From Ascidiella aspersa (lineage: Eukaryota), in contig OZ004607.1 in NCBI GenBank assembly GCA_963924565.1, positions 31,496,001 through 31,560,000 on the forward strand: DNA of 64,000 bases, read 5' to 3'. Each line of letters starts with the position of its first letter. Positions within the stretch are counted from its first letter, which is position 1. Below the pieces are notes generated by a model. It made no database searches. It was not told the DNA's origin and worked only from the letters and a program-made list of their open reading frames with translations. Both the position numbers and the translations under genes were made by a program. Below are positions 1 to 12,816 of this stretch, piece by piece.

Positions 1-417
1 TAAGTTGTTTCTTAACAGCATTAAGTAATTTTACTAAAGAGAAGCATCTTTTTAAAATGCAAGTCGCACGATCCCAGTTTCGGACGTGCCACTTCGCACA
101 ATGAAAGTCTCACGCGCGGGACAATAAAGCGCATCAGGCGGTGAGTCGCTTCGTCACTTCACAAGCTGGACAAAGCAAGCTAATATGAACGAATTCTGTA
201 TGAAAGTTTTTCTGCTGCTAGATGGCAGTCGTTAGCTAGAAAGAGCTAAAACGCAATATTTCAGGTTTTTGCCCCCCAAGCAAAGGCCCCTGGGGGTGCA
301 GCCTCATAAAATTCTACAAAGCACCTACATACCACTCTACGCCATGTCTGAAAATTTGAAGGTTCTACGATGTATACTTTTTCTATAAAGCTTCGGACAA
401 AAATCGGTCTGAAACAT

Positions 418-600
418 ACCATAGGAAACCATAGGAAACTATAGGAAACCATAGGAAACCATAGGAAACCATAGGAAACCATAGGAAACCATAGGAAACC
501 ATAGGAAACCATAGGAAACCATAGGAAACCATAGGAAACCATAGGAAACCATAGGAAACCATAGGAAACCATAGGAAACCATAGGAAACCATAGGAAACC
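418..600. repeat. 10-bp tandem array (ACCATAGGAA)n, ~18 units
   Basis: Directly visible near-perfect decamer repeat with one variant unit; it explains the spurious FLWFPMVSYG ORFs on the minus strand. Confidence 0.97.
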
Positions 601-607
601 AAAAAAG

Positions 608-760
608 AATAACGGCAAAAACAAGATATGTCCCGAAAATAAATTTTCGGCCCATATAATAACGGCAAAAACAAGATATGTCCCGAAAATAAATTTTCGG
701 CCCATATAATAACGGCAAAAACAAGATATGTCCCGAAAATAAATTTTCGGCCCATATAAT
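608..760. repeat. 50-bp tandem repeat x3, each unit with a CCGAAAA-TAAA-TTTTCGG hairpin
   Basis: Identical units start at 608, 658 and 708, directly after the decamer array. Confidence 0.95.
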
Positions 761-2329
761 TAATCGAAATCACTAGGTACGTTATGCACGTATCTGTAAT
801 GTAGCTTGAAACTTAACTGACGATGATTCAAATGCTATAGAAACGTCTTTTTTAAGAAGATGTCGATTTACGCGACATACTTAGCAATCATTTTTAAGTT
901 AAACGAAACAGTCTCGTAATTCACCATACCAATCTTTTGAACACACTTTCGGTGAAAATTGGTCCTCACTTTTTGACCCATACGAGCTATTTTGAACAAC
1001 GGAGCGGTTACCAACAAATCTATATGATATTTTGGGTCATTTTGTTTAAAAAAGATAAAACGCCCCCTAAGTTGCGTGTGTGTAAGTGATATAAGTACGT
1101 CCAACATCGTTATTAGGTTGTGTTTTAATAACATCAAATTGCCTGACCAAGCATAAACACTGCGTTAAAACAATACTGAAGAAAACTTGGTTGCCTATAG
1201 TGGAACCGCACTCTGCTTTGACTGTCCAAAACACTACATTATTTTGAACTTCATGTCTCATGTTAAACACGTGACCATCAACCGAGCCTATATTTGTGAC
1301 GCAACCCAATATTTCCCTGTAGCATTTTTTGTCCAAACCCTGTAGTTTACGGCGAGAGCAAGTGTCGTTGATGTTCAGTTAGTTGCAGTTAATCATGATG
1401 ATTTGACCTTCTTTTCGCTCCAAAGAAACCAGAGCCTCACTTAAATAACACTTTCGAAAGTATATTATCTTTTTTAATATGCATTAAATGCACCACGCTG
1501 CAAAACGATTCCAAAGTGTTGGTTCAAAAATTCGTGTCAGACAACGCTTAATTATTATTAAATCGATTTAATGTTACGCAATGAAAAGATTAAAGTTGGG
1601 AGACTTCCTACAAAAAAATTGTCAAATGTCTTAAACTTTGTTTTGCAGATAGCTGAAAAAATGCATTATTTACAAAGACAAACAAATCCATTTTCGTTAT
1701 TCTGATTTCATTATCAGCACCTTGCGTTACTTGGATCTTAAAATTAAATTAAATTATGGCAAAAACACGACAATTTTCTAAAATTGTGGCTTCATAGAAC
1801 CACAACGCCGAAGGTTGAATCATCGCGATTAGTAGCATTAAAGATAAGCCAAATTAAAGATACCACATGTGCTTTGTGGGTTCACGTCGACCAGCCAGAA
1901 CTCAAAATACTATGGTTTCTGGGCAAAAAGTGCCTGAGGGGCTTTTGTGACGTCACATTAAGCGTCTTGCGATTGATGCCGCTCGTCAAATATGTGACGC
2001 AACAGAGGCGTTTATGTGAAATGTAGCCACCTGGATAACACTGGTTTACAGCAAATTTGCTCCAGCCAAGGTGGCAACCTTTTTTGACTAATTTTAGGGT
2101 GCTGAGTTCAAATCGGGCATTGATATTTGTGCATCACGTCAGGATTTTGAGTTAAGATTTTTTTCAATTAGGGGTAAAAAGTAATATTTCGTTAAATATG
2201 TAAAAAAGGGACTTAAATCATACCATATAAAAATTTGAATACAGCCTTATCAGAGATTGAACTTTTGCAGTAAGATGAACTTTCTACAGTAAGTCGCCAA
2301 ATCATGCACACTATGCATTTTTTATATAA

Positions 2330-2900
2330 AAGAAGGATAGAGTACCGGGGGAATTGTGACATTGGTAAGGGACTGACAATGATCTAATGATACGAGGAAA
2401 AGCGGTCCATAATATAAAAGATATGTGGTCAAAAATTAGTTTGGAGATAACAGTGTGAAACAGTTCAATATATCAAAGCACTAAATTTAAAGCGGAGGAT
2501 TATAACGAAATGACAAACTGGAAATATCCAACAGAACCAGTTTAATAACAGAGGACAACATCAGTTGGAAAAAATCAGAAAGGTTATATAATACTTGTTG
2601 CAATACATGTTTAAACTGAATAACGAGTTATTCGAAACGTTCAAAATGCAACCTACTTCTGTATGGGCTTTGATATTTTTTATTACGTCTCGCTACAACC
2701 TCCAATCATTATGCTCAAAGTTAGTAAAATTGCGAATCATACCCAGTCAATTGAAAGAGCTATTAGAATCGTTACAGAAGCAAGAAATCCTGTTTGGAAA
2801 TTTAAGAAGAAAGGGAGTTATTCTTTCCAAGTTGAACTCCCGAAAACTCGAGTTTTTAACTGTCTAAAAAAACAAGTATTAAGTCACAGCAGATAAATTT
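2330..2900 (+). mobile_element. Degraded DNA-transposase C-terminal remnant (superfamily uncertain)
   Basis: Broken frames give KAEDYNEMTNWKYPTEP and NHTQSIERAIRIVTEA, resembling the DY.DLIDW...TEPP and CHTQAVER.VK.VTEA motifs of invertebrate transposase-derived ORFs. Recognised from memory; multiple stops and frameshifts. Confidence 0.55.
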
Positions 2901-3503
2901 CACTTGAAAAACATAGATTAAACATAACCTAAAATTTCGCGTTTTTACCAGATTTTGCAATTTTCGGCAAAAATTGGACTCAATTTCCTTAACCAATACA
3001 TGTTCAAATGAGCTTAAATTTTGTATATAACGGTTTAAGGTGTCTATCTATCAAAATCCATATAAGGCAGGTGGGTTTGAAAAAAAAAAGATTTCACGAC
3101 CCGCCCTACTATATATGCTTCCAACTATTCCGGAAGACAGACTGTATTAACGCATTGCAAAAATATATTGATTCTAAACAAGCCATTTTTTAAAGAAATT
3201 CAATAAAATGATTCACTGCAAAATTTACTTTGAGTATTTTATAAAAGCCATCTTTATGATGAGAATATTTTTTAAACGAAAATTAAAAAAAATAATAATA
3301 ATTTTAATAAAAACATAAAAAGTATTTTCAAATTTCAACGAACAGCTAAGAAATTTACGTTTTGCAAAGGAGTAAATTTGGCAGCGAGCGATTTACCAGA
3401 AATGATTTTGATGATTCACTTTAGTTCGTAATTGTAGAAAACCCTCCCAGAAGGTAAAGCTAATTATAAGTCGCGCGTCTTCAACGTCACAAAAGCCAGG
3501 CCA

Positions 3504-3549
3504 GCCAGGGGCAAGTACTGGCCGGTGAACGTCTGGTTAAAGTATAAAA
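3504..3549 (+). promoter_or_regulatory. Core promoter of the TSP1/trefoil-like gene: AP-2-type GCCAGGGGC (3504-3512) and TATAAAA (3543-3549)
   Basis: The TATA box lies upstream of a non-coding first exon ending at AAG|gtaagt (~3652); GCC-N3-GGC matches the AP-2 consensus. Confidence 0.55.
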
Positions 3550-4011
3550 GGGACAAGCTTCTCTCCAAAAGTCACAAGTTCGCGACAAGTTTGAAGCGAA
3601 TTGTTCCAGGGAGAGCGACTCTTTCGAAATAAAAAGTTGGACGAAACACAAGGTAAGTGCTAGAAAATAATTCTTTGAAGGGGCAAACTTCGGTTTAATT
3701 AAAGCAAATAAAACTAAAAATGTAACTTATAATGTATGCACAAAGATGCAAATAATGAAAAGAGACGGGAAAGTTTAATAGCGATTGATAGTATAAAAAC
3801 AAACGAATTATACACTGAAAACAAAATGCAATTAGGGACTTCATCTTAATTTTATGTATGTTGTACATAATCGATATCTTTATTGTCATATGCGTTGTAT
3901 AAAATATAGCATAATTTTGTTGATTTTCTTTACATTTCTCGATATATATGTATACCAAGTATATTGTTTTCATTTTCAGAAATTCTGCAAACCTAAACTG
4001 AATCGCTCAAG

Positions 4012-7000
4012 ATGAGATTGATTTTTGTTTTCAGTCTAGCGCTCCTAGTGACTTTTGCGCTTGGACAACAAGGTAATGTATTTTGATGAATAAATAAGTA
4101 ACTAAGAATGCATTTATAGGATAAAAATTATAAAAACAAAACCTTTATGTTGATGTTGGTAAATTATTTTAATTATTAACAATTCTTTTTCTATTTGCAG
4201 AATGCAAAATATTAACAGATTTGGTGACATCGGGAGAGATTGACCAAGGTAAGTTTAATGAAATATTGTTTAACATGGAAAATATTTTTGCAATGACCAT
4301 GGAAAATATTTTTGCAGTGACGTTTTTGTTCAACGTACGTGGACTTTGCCTATGTATACCTATAAAGAAAAACAAAAAGTTTTGAATAATTTGGTGACAT
4401 AATTTAATTAAAATAAACGTTTGGCCAAAGACATTTATCAAACATTGACAAGTAATAATCGTTTACTTTTCATTATAGCATCAACCACTCCGTGCACTTT
4501 GAACCCTTGTGACCCCGACAGCGCAACCGTAACTTCTCAAGAAGATTGTCCAACACATTGCGCTTTCTACAACAATAACTGCTTCTTGAAATTTAGTAAG
4601 TCAAAAACTCAGCTATACGTAAAATAAAGTGACATAATTTAGAAAGCTGGCACGCGTTTAACAATATCCAATGTCCGAAAAGTGATCTAATAAAAAACTA
4701 ATTGAATGCTTTTCTGTTTGTAGTTTCTATTGGTGCCATCGAAGAGATATACGGAAACACTACTGAAGCCAACGACCCCGAAGGGCGAAACTACCAAATT
4801 GGTAGGAATATAGGTTTATTTATTGGTAAAGTAAACAAGTAAGACGTAAACAAACTCTGGTTTAAAACTTTTGGTACGAAGATGCAATGTTCATTCTTGT
4901 TGCTTAAAACGTGGTAATATAAATTGAAAAAAATTTAAGCCAGCAAAGTTAAATTGTAAAATAGCCTACTGACATAGTTAAGTCGACTAAACTTATAACT
5001 TCAAATGGTTTTATTGTTTTACAGGAGGCGGTTCTTCTCTTTACCGTTACCCACCAGCTCAATATCCCCCCTTTTACCCACCTCATTCACCCTGCCCCTT
5101 GACATTCCCCGCAAATTGCAGAATCAACGCAAACGACCCAAACATCTTCAATCTACTTACTCCACCAGTGGACGTACCCTACTGCCAGAGGTGAATATTG
5201 TTTGCCACAACTTTTGCATTATGCAATGTTTTAAACTGAAAAGTAATATGGAATGTTTTGAACAGAAATCAATTTTAACTTTATTGTTATGTGAACAAAT
5301 TCCATGTAAACTACAATATAGTTAAGGAGAAATCTGTCGGTCAATGATGCAATTGCACGATCGAAATGATGCAATTGATTGGCAGATTCGGTGAGTCTGT
5401 GATGGCTTTCGGTGTACTAATAATACGAAAGCCGTAATGGTTGGCCAAAAAGCAGATTCAGAAGGGCTAAATCACTAACACGAATATGCGTGGGCATCTT
5501 TCATAGTAAGGATGTGTTTGTTTGTTTTTCTTTCAGAATCGCATGCAACTCACACGACCCAAGTTTGGAAACAAACCGATTAGCTTGTCATTCTCAACCT
5601 GGTTGTTACTTTGATGTTGAACTTGCGATCATCCGACGAGCAGCTGGCCACACAATCCTTCCAGGTGTTCCCGTCTGCCACCTCGCCATCAGAAACAAAG
5701 CTTTCAAAAGACTCGTACGCAAATACGAAAAAACGGTGAGGAATGATGTAAAAAAATTGATGCCAAATAATTATCTTGCGTTCTCATTCGAAAAATGTAA
5801 GTTGATAATCTTTGGAACCTCACCGAGTTCAATTAGAGACTCGCATTTTTTTCCTTGGAAAAGCTGGGTTTCGACAATCAAATAGACAAAAAAAACTTTG
5901 ATTATTATTTATAACAAAGAAACAAAAAATATTACTCAAGAAAAAAAAACATAAATATCTTTTCTTACAGAGTAACAAGAAGTGGAATGGCATCTACACC
6001 AAATGTTTGATCAATCAAAACCTAGAGGAAATTTACGCTCAACCAGCTGGTTGCTACATGGTTGATGTGCTTCAGTACATTGGAATTAAACCTAAGAGAG
6101 CCGGATGGCGAGGTACAGTATAGTAAAGATAAAAGGCCATAAAATATTCTAACTTTAACCGACCACGTTGGACTGCCATAAAATCCAGACTTGAATTAAT
6201 CTAGGACTAATTTTCAAAACTAGAATAAGCAGTAAACCCATATATACCGTAAAACATTTCTAAAATGCTTTAATTTAACGCAAGAATGTCACCCCAAGAC
6301 TGCTCATTGATCGGTGGATGCAGCAAACCTGGCCTCCATTGCTTTTACCCCGCTGAGTTACACAAGATCAAAGTGCGATCGGGAGAAGACAATCATCGCA
6401 AGCCGAACCCATCACCAAGAGACATTTACGGTCAACCGATGTGCTTGCCATTCAACCAACACGCAAGTCCTGTCGACTTCCTTAGCAACTACCACTACTG
6501 CTTGCAGTCTGGTTGCGTGCTCGATTCGTCATTGAGCTACCGTAAAGTTCGCGACGTCCTTTATAACATCACAATCACCGTTGTGCCCCAACAGTATCGT
6601 CATGCATTCTGGAACAAAGTTTGCAGCGGCCATGTTCGACCAGACAACTGGAGAGTGATCCTTAGACAGATCAGCTTCCCGATATTCACACCACAGCCAA
6701 ACCCTTACATTCCGCTCCCGTTTTCGCATGAAATTAACTCATCTCAACCAATCGCCCAAGAAAGAGATTATGGCCTTGGAGACTTTTTCGGACATGGAAA
6801 GAACCCACTTCCTTATTGCCCAGGTGATGCACCAAGTTACCCAACCGGAGGTCAAGGTTACCCGACAGGAGGTCACGGTTACCCAACCGGAGGTCAAGGT
6901 TACCCAACTGGAGGTCAAGGTTACCCAAACGGAGGTCAAGGTTACCCACAAGGTCCTCTTAACCCACAGCCATATTCTTACCAACAACCTCCATCACATC

Positions 7001-7815
7001 CACGACCCCCGACTTATCCACTTCCACAATATCCTCCTTTCCCACAATTCCCGTACCCGCGACCCCAGCCTTGCCCATACGCCAACCACCATCTTAGAGG
7101 TTACCTCAAACTGAAGGGAAGCTTCTCCGGTTGTTGTGAAAAGAATCTTTGCTACATCCCGCGTCCCCAGCTCTATAACCCGCATTCAGGCATCGCTCCT
7201 TACTACTCGCACTGGGAATCGTGGTCCACATGCTCTAAGTCGTGCGCTGGAGGACAGAGGACAAGGAAGCGTCCCTGCGTCTCATACAAGAGAGATAACT
7301 GTTACGGCGGCAAGGAAACTCAGACTGAGACCTGCAACTTGGGCGAGTGTCCTTTCTACCAGAATTGGACAAACTGGAGTCCTTGCAGCCAGACTTGCGG
7401 AGGAGGACGTCAGAGCAGGTCACGTGTTTGCTACCCAAATGGAAAGGGTTGCTCTGGGGGCTCAAAAGAGTCTCGTAATTGTCAAACCGGCAGTTGTCCA
7501 ACACTCGCCTGGAGTGCTTGGAGCAAATGCAGCTCTTCATGTGGAACCGGTCAGAAGCACCGCACGCGCACTTGCACACAACCCGGCGCTTATGAGTGCC
7601 CAGAAGACAAGCATGAGTCAGCCGATTGTTGGATCTACTCGGGGAAGGTTGTTCTTACTGCCACTTCCGCTTGCGAATACCCACTTTGCAAAGTAACCAA
7701 GCATTACAAATGTCAATGCCCCGATGGTGGAAACGGCCACTGCGTCGATTTCAAGCCTAAAGTATTTGAAACATGCTACGACGGTTACTGTGGAGGATTC
7801 TTTGGAAAAAAATAA
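4012..7815 (+). CDS. Secreted ~780-aa Cys/Pro/Tyr-rich protein with a trefoil(P)-like motif, GGQGYPT repeats and 3 thrombospondin type-1 repeats (putative tunic/ECM protein)
   Basis: Coding exons 4012-4072, 4201-4248, 4479-4595, 4724-4801, 5025-5190, 5537-5735, 5971-6112 and 6284-7815 join in frame. Signal peptide MRLIFVFSLALLVTFALG; GWRGMSPQDC..GGC trefoil-like motif; WxxWSxCSxSC..G.R.R.R.C three times; AATAAA near 7886. The final junction needs an AA acceptor (see findings). Confidence 0.85.
6838..6954 (+). repeat. 21-nt coding tandem repeat (YPTGGQG)x5
   Basis: TACCCAACCGGAGGTCAAGGT units, differing mostly at synonymous positions. Confidence 0.95.
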
Positions 7816-9190
7816 ATGTGTTCTGTAATAAAATTATCTGATTATATCGAAACTTTCTCGATCTATTGATAGATATTTATCCCGCAATAAAAATGTTACT
7901 GAAAAATGTATGTGATTTTTGTTATTTAAATCCAAAAAAAGATAATAGACGTAGATGCATGGTGGACAACAGTTGACTAGCTCTAAACAATTTTATAAAG
8001 CTTGACATCAGCCATAAGGAAAACAATATTTGGTATTGTCAAGAAGTATTTTCGCAATCCAAAAAAATGCCACTAATCCATAAAACTGAATTAAAGCTTA
8101 AATTTATACAATGCTCAGTCACCCGGAGCAGAAGTTTTATTATAATAATTGAGCTGCTTCTCCAAGTATTCGAGAGATGCTACAAAAGCTATACTGTGAA
8201 GAAGGATTTTCGGAAAATCATTATTTATTAATCATTTTAAATGTTTATCATTTATAATTTGAAAAATATACATTCGTTAATCTTATTAATACATCGTTTT
8301 CTCAATTGCTGTTTTCGCCCAATTATAAAACAAGTTTGAAGTTTAACGATATGTGAGTATGGTAGTTTGTGTAAACATTTTCTTTAAAAAATAGTACCAC
8401 GATTGACTACTATAGTCACTTGTATTCTGCAAATGGGCTAAATCAATATATAGTCTTTCACACCACGTTTTGTACCTGCGCTGGTTGAACATTATTTATT
8501 GTCGAAGCTTCACTGTTTCAAAAATTAATCAATTTGAAAATTTTTTGTGTTCACTGGCAAATATATCCAACCTTATAGTCAATTCAGATTAAACAAATCA
8601 AGCACGCTGCGTGAAGAAATATTTTTCGGTGCATACCAAACACGATATTTGAGAGGATTCATTGCCTTTATTAATTTTGAACAGCGGTCAATTCTTCTTA
8701 CTCGTTTGACATTTATTCACAAGGGGTAATCCCATGATGGGTATTTAATGAGTACGACCGTTGTTATGATCTCCATTCTACGACGATCACTGTTTTTTTT
8801 TAATTATTTGCCTTAAAAGTCGTCACAGCCCCTTGGTAGCTCGTTTTTCTGTATTTTAAATAGTGGCATATATTGTAAAATAGTACATCAACACATTTTA
8901 TGTAGTTAATCAACAGTGTCGATTTCGACATGAACGACAAATTTCTAAAATTAACATTGTGCAGGAAAAGTTAGTAAACAAATGTAACACTGAGGCTTGC
9001 ATAACTTTCAAAATTGTAAACCAAACCATGTATACCCTCGCATTAAAAAATACTGTAACGTTTTTTACGATTCGTAAACTTACCAAATCGTTACGGTGGC
9101 ATAATTTAAAAAATACCCTGAATTTAAATGTAAAATATTTAAACGACAAAACACCCTGAATTTGAATGTAAAACATTTTAAGGGCGGTCG

Positions 9191-10738
9191 TCACTTATAC
9201 CAACCAAGAGACTTCTTCACCGCCTTCGACCAATTAGACATTTCGCGTGTAAATTTTTGAAGATTAGCTGGTGTCGGTTCAATGACATTTTTTACTTGCA
9301 CCAATGACTGCAGTTGCTCTTCTTTCCAAAACCCTACCGCAATTCCTGCAAAGAAGGCCGCACCAAGGGCCGACATTTCACTGTGAGAAGGCCTATAAAT
9401 TTTCCGGCTTATAAGGTCGCTAGTCGTCTGCATAAGAAACGAATTAACCGATACACCGCCATCACACACCACCTTCTGAATCCTTAACTTCGTTTCGGCC
9501 GCCATGGTGGCGAAAAGCTGCTGATTTCGGTAGGCCAGCGACTCCACTACGGCCCTCACAATGTGGCAGGGCCGCGTTTCTTCTTTCAAGCCCATAAGGG
9601 ATGCGCAGGCCAGGTAATCATTTACAGGAGCGTGGATGCCGTTAAAGCCAGGTACAAAGTAAACCCCGCCCGATGTATCGCATTCAGCAAGGTGCTGGTC
9701 AATTTCTTCCGGTGATTTAATGATTCCCATTGACACGAGCCAATCTATCGCGGTCCCGGCAGTGTTGGAGTTTCCCTCTGCAATGTGCGCTATTTTATCG
9801 CCGATCTTCCACCCGATCAGCGGGTAGAAGCCGGCGACCGACGTGTGCGGGTTGGCGCCGACGTTTACGTCGAGAAACGCTCCGGTTCCCATCGTGAGCT
9901 TGACGTCGCCCGCGTTTACGCAGCGCTGCCCGAACATGGCCGACTGCTGGTCGCCGACAACACAGCGGATCGGGATTTTTGCGCCGAACAGCTCTGGGTC
10001 GCATTCACCGTAGTCGTCACTGGTGTCCAGTATGGGTGGGAACATGCTGCGAGGAATGCGCAGCAGGTTGAGAAAGAAGTCGCTCCAGTCTAGCGTGTAA
10101 GGATCGTAAAGTCCGGTCGAGCTTGCGCACGAATACTCTGAAACGAACACCTTTTCGTTGGTCAGCTTCCACACAAGCCACGTATCCAAGGTGGCAAAGC
10201 AGACTTTGCCGCCCTGCGCCAGCTCCTTGATTTTCGGGTATTGCTTGAGCAGCCAGAGAAGTCGGATCGAAACGTGCTGCGTTCTAAACCTCAGCACGGA
10301 AGCGGCGAGATAGCGCTTTTGCTGTGTGACTGTGTGAAGGCTTTTTGAACCGACGCGCACCGCCTTCATAAGGTACGAGTCGTTCCACTCGTTCGAGATC
10401 GAATCTCCGCGCGTGTCCTGCCACACTAGGAAATTGTGAAAGTACGCTCCGGTCTCAGAGTTCCAGACGATGAAGGTGGCGCGTTGGGTGGATATGCCCA
10501 TGGAAACTACACTGCTTGCGGCTATCTTGGCATCTGCAATCGAATCGCTTATGACCTCCTGTACGGTGGCCCACAGTTCGACCGGGTCCATTTCGGACGC
10601 CTGCGGTTCTGGTCTGAGTATGTTCAGCGGCCGAGACGACCTTCCCACAATCGTAGCTGTCTTGTCGTAGATAAAACACCTGACGTTGGTTGTGCCCACG
10701 TCCAACGACAGGACGTATTCCTTGCTAGTTGACTCCAT
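9191..10738 (-). CDS. GK5: Glycerol kinase 5 (FGGY carbohydrate kinase), single coding exon, 515 aa
   Basis: DVGTT, ISTQRATF..W, WQD.R, GDQQSAMFG, KLTMGTG, DGGVS and EMSALGAA motifs. The GK5-type insertion and STGLYDPY, and the C-terminal AVKKSLGWY, fit GK5 rather than canonical GK. Confidence 0.9.
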   Translation of the reverse strand: MESTSKEYVLSLDVGTTNVRCFIYDKTATIVGRSSRPLNILRPEPQASEMDPVELWATVQEVISDSIADAKIAASSVVSMGISTQRATFIVWNSETGAYFHNFLVWQDTRGDSISNEWNDSYLMKAVRVGSKSLHTVTQQKRYLAASVLRFRTQHVSIRLLWLLKQYPKIKELAQGGKVCFATLDTWLVWKLTNEKVFVSEYSCASSTGLYDPYTLDWSDFFLNLLRIPRSMFPPILDTSDDYGECDPELFGAKIPIRCVVGDQQSAMFGQRCVNAGDVKLTMGTGAFLDVNVGANPHTSVAGFYPLIGWKIGDKIAHIAEGNSNTAGTAIDWLVSMGIIKSPEEIDQHLAECDTSGGVYFVPGFNGIHAPVNDYLACASLMGLKEETRPCHIVRAVVESLAYRNQQLFATMAAETKLRIQKVVCDGGVSVNSFLMQTTSDLISRKIYRPSHSEMSALGAAFFAGIAVGFWKEEQLQSLVQVKNVIEPTPANLQKFTREMSNWSKAVKKSLGWYK

Positions 10739-12816
10739 TGCTGGTCACTGCTGTCTATCCCTATTGCTGCTGCTGGCTTTGCTTCAAAGTCCGTGGCTGC
10801 GCGTTTCTTCGCCAAACTACGGAAGTAAATCATTAACTTCTTACCCAGCTTGTTTGCTTAAAGCTCCTGGTCGCATATATAGCTGTCAACCGCGCGATGC
10901 ATGCTCGCTCAGGAAAAGCACATTGTTTCCGAATTAGCCAGTACCACGAAAAACAATAAATTCACTAAATCCTTTGTAAAAATGAATATCGTAATACTTA
11001 TTTTACCTTGTTTGGCAAATTTCTGTGCATATTTCGTCCAGTAACTCAACAACCAGTTACGAAAATATTACACGTATATCCACATGCGTGTGTTGAAGTC
11101 TCATAACACGGCCCTTTCGCACAGTTTTCGGTTGCCAGTCAGTTGTACCGGTAGTCATAACACGCACACTATACTGTGTGAATGGGCCCAAACCAACGTA
11201 TGTATTGTATGGAATTCCGGATAACGTGTGATTCATAATGTTGTTGCGTTGTACGGCCAACATGCCATTTTACAATGGTGATGCATAAGATTTAAACACA
11301 TTCTGAAACCTCTTCAAGATAGGCTAATTACAGATTAAGGTTGGCCTTCCGATCTACGTGTTGTTTATGGTTTGGAATTAAAGTCGTTAAATGTCACAAT
11401 TTAAGTAGACACATTAGGACTTGCAAAGTCAACCGATTCATAATTGCGCAACTATAGAACGATTGGATTTGAGGCAAGATAAATATAATAGAAGGTTCAT
11501 ATGCCTTTTGACGAGGAAATTTCTAATCTGGGTAAAACGTTAAGTAGCGAAACTTATGAAATTTACCAAGTAAAGCTGTTGGTTTCCAGGTAATTAACCT
11601 AAAATGCTTCAGGTACAGTCAACAAAAATGCAAACTTTGATTTCGTGTTTAGTATTTAACTTACGAAACGCAGCAACCAAGCTACAGCGTTTTCAACCTC
11701 GTCCAAATAACGAAGACGAAATACAACAATTAATGTTTTGCAAAGGCGCTATAACTTAGGCGAAGCATGAAAACATTACATAATTTAGTTTGAGAAAATG
11801 TAAATCTTGTGCGGACGAAGTTGTTCGTTCTTTATTTTTATGATTTGACATTTGCAGTTTTAACTTTATAAGAATTTTCATTTCAAAGTGAAAAGCTTTG
11901 CGTTAAATCGACGACCATGCGACTAAAATGCCTATTGCTGTCGGTTGTCTAAAAGGCGGTTAACAACCCTAGTAACGAGCGACTATCGATACTATAGCCT
12001 ACTACGATGTGACATCGGATATCAGCTCCGAACACATACTTTCGGTATTAACTTCCTTTTGAACAGGATATGTGTTCTTCTGTCTTACAGGCCTGTCTAG
12101 CCAAAATAGGACGGTTACGGAATTAGCACTGGCAAGACAAACACACCCGTGACCATAACACTGGTCGTACTACATCTGGACAGAGATATCTAATAAAAGC
12201 GTAATGACAATTAAAAAAGTAGTTAGCCATAGCTAAAAATATGATCCCACACATATTGTGCGAAATTCCGTGAAATCCACAAACAAGTCGCCGTCGTGAA
12301 GATCATAAGCCAGTCAATCCATGTTTCCATATTTTCGAAAATAATACATTTTTGAATTGCAAAGCTAAAAAGGTAAAAAAAAAAAGAAAAAAAAAAGGTC
12401 GAGTAGATCGACATCATCTAGATTAGGACGTTTTGATGCGAGCTTAAAGATGATAGACAAGCTCGTACCGAATTTTTAATCATGTACTCAATTTTTTTTG
12501 CTTTGCAACTCATTATCAAGCTACATTACATTCCGTGAATAGTGTACCCAAATACATTTTCTATTTTACTATTGTTTTTTTAATAGACACAAAGATTTAA
12601 TATATGTAACAAAATTGGAGAACCCAGCAACTCTTTAAAACTGCCATTATTTTGTTAAAATAATCGACTTGTTTGCTAATATTTCGTTTACTGTACTAAA
12701 TAGTTATACGCCTGCAATTGCCTTCGTCTTTATCGCTTTGAAAGGGGATCTTTAACGACAAGACATAGATGCAAATTTACTTCCAACCTACTTTACTTTT
12801 GCATATTGGTCTAGCC

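Noticed and set aside
608-760. CRISPR-like hairpin repeats
   Set aside because: Units are contiguous with no unique spacers, there are no cas genes, and the context is eukaryotic.
261-773. Hydrophobic repetitive minus-strand ORFs (FLWFPMVSYG)n
   Set aside because: Artefact of translating the 10-bp tandem repeat.
6314-7696. Alternative-frame and antisense ORFs, including (VTQPEVK)n
   Set aside because: Shadows of the TSP1 gene's last exon and its 21-nt repeat.
9785-10937. Several ORFs overlapping GK5
   Set aside because: Expected shadow ORFs of GC-rich coding sequence; no recognisable motifs.
11500-12200. Possible small spliced plus-strand gene divergent from GK5 (acceptor ~12090, AATAAA ~12192)
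   Set aside because: No convincing ORF or homology; splice-like sites alone are insufficient.
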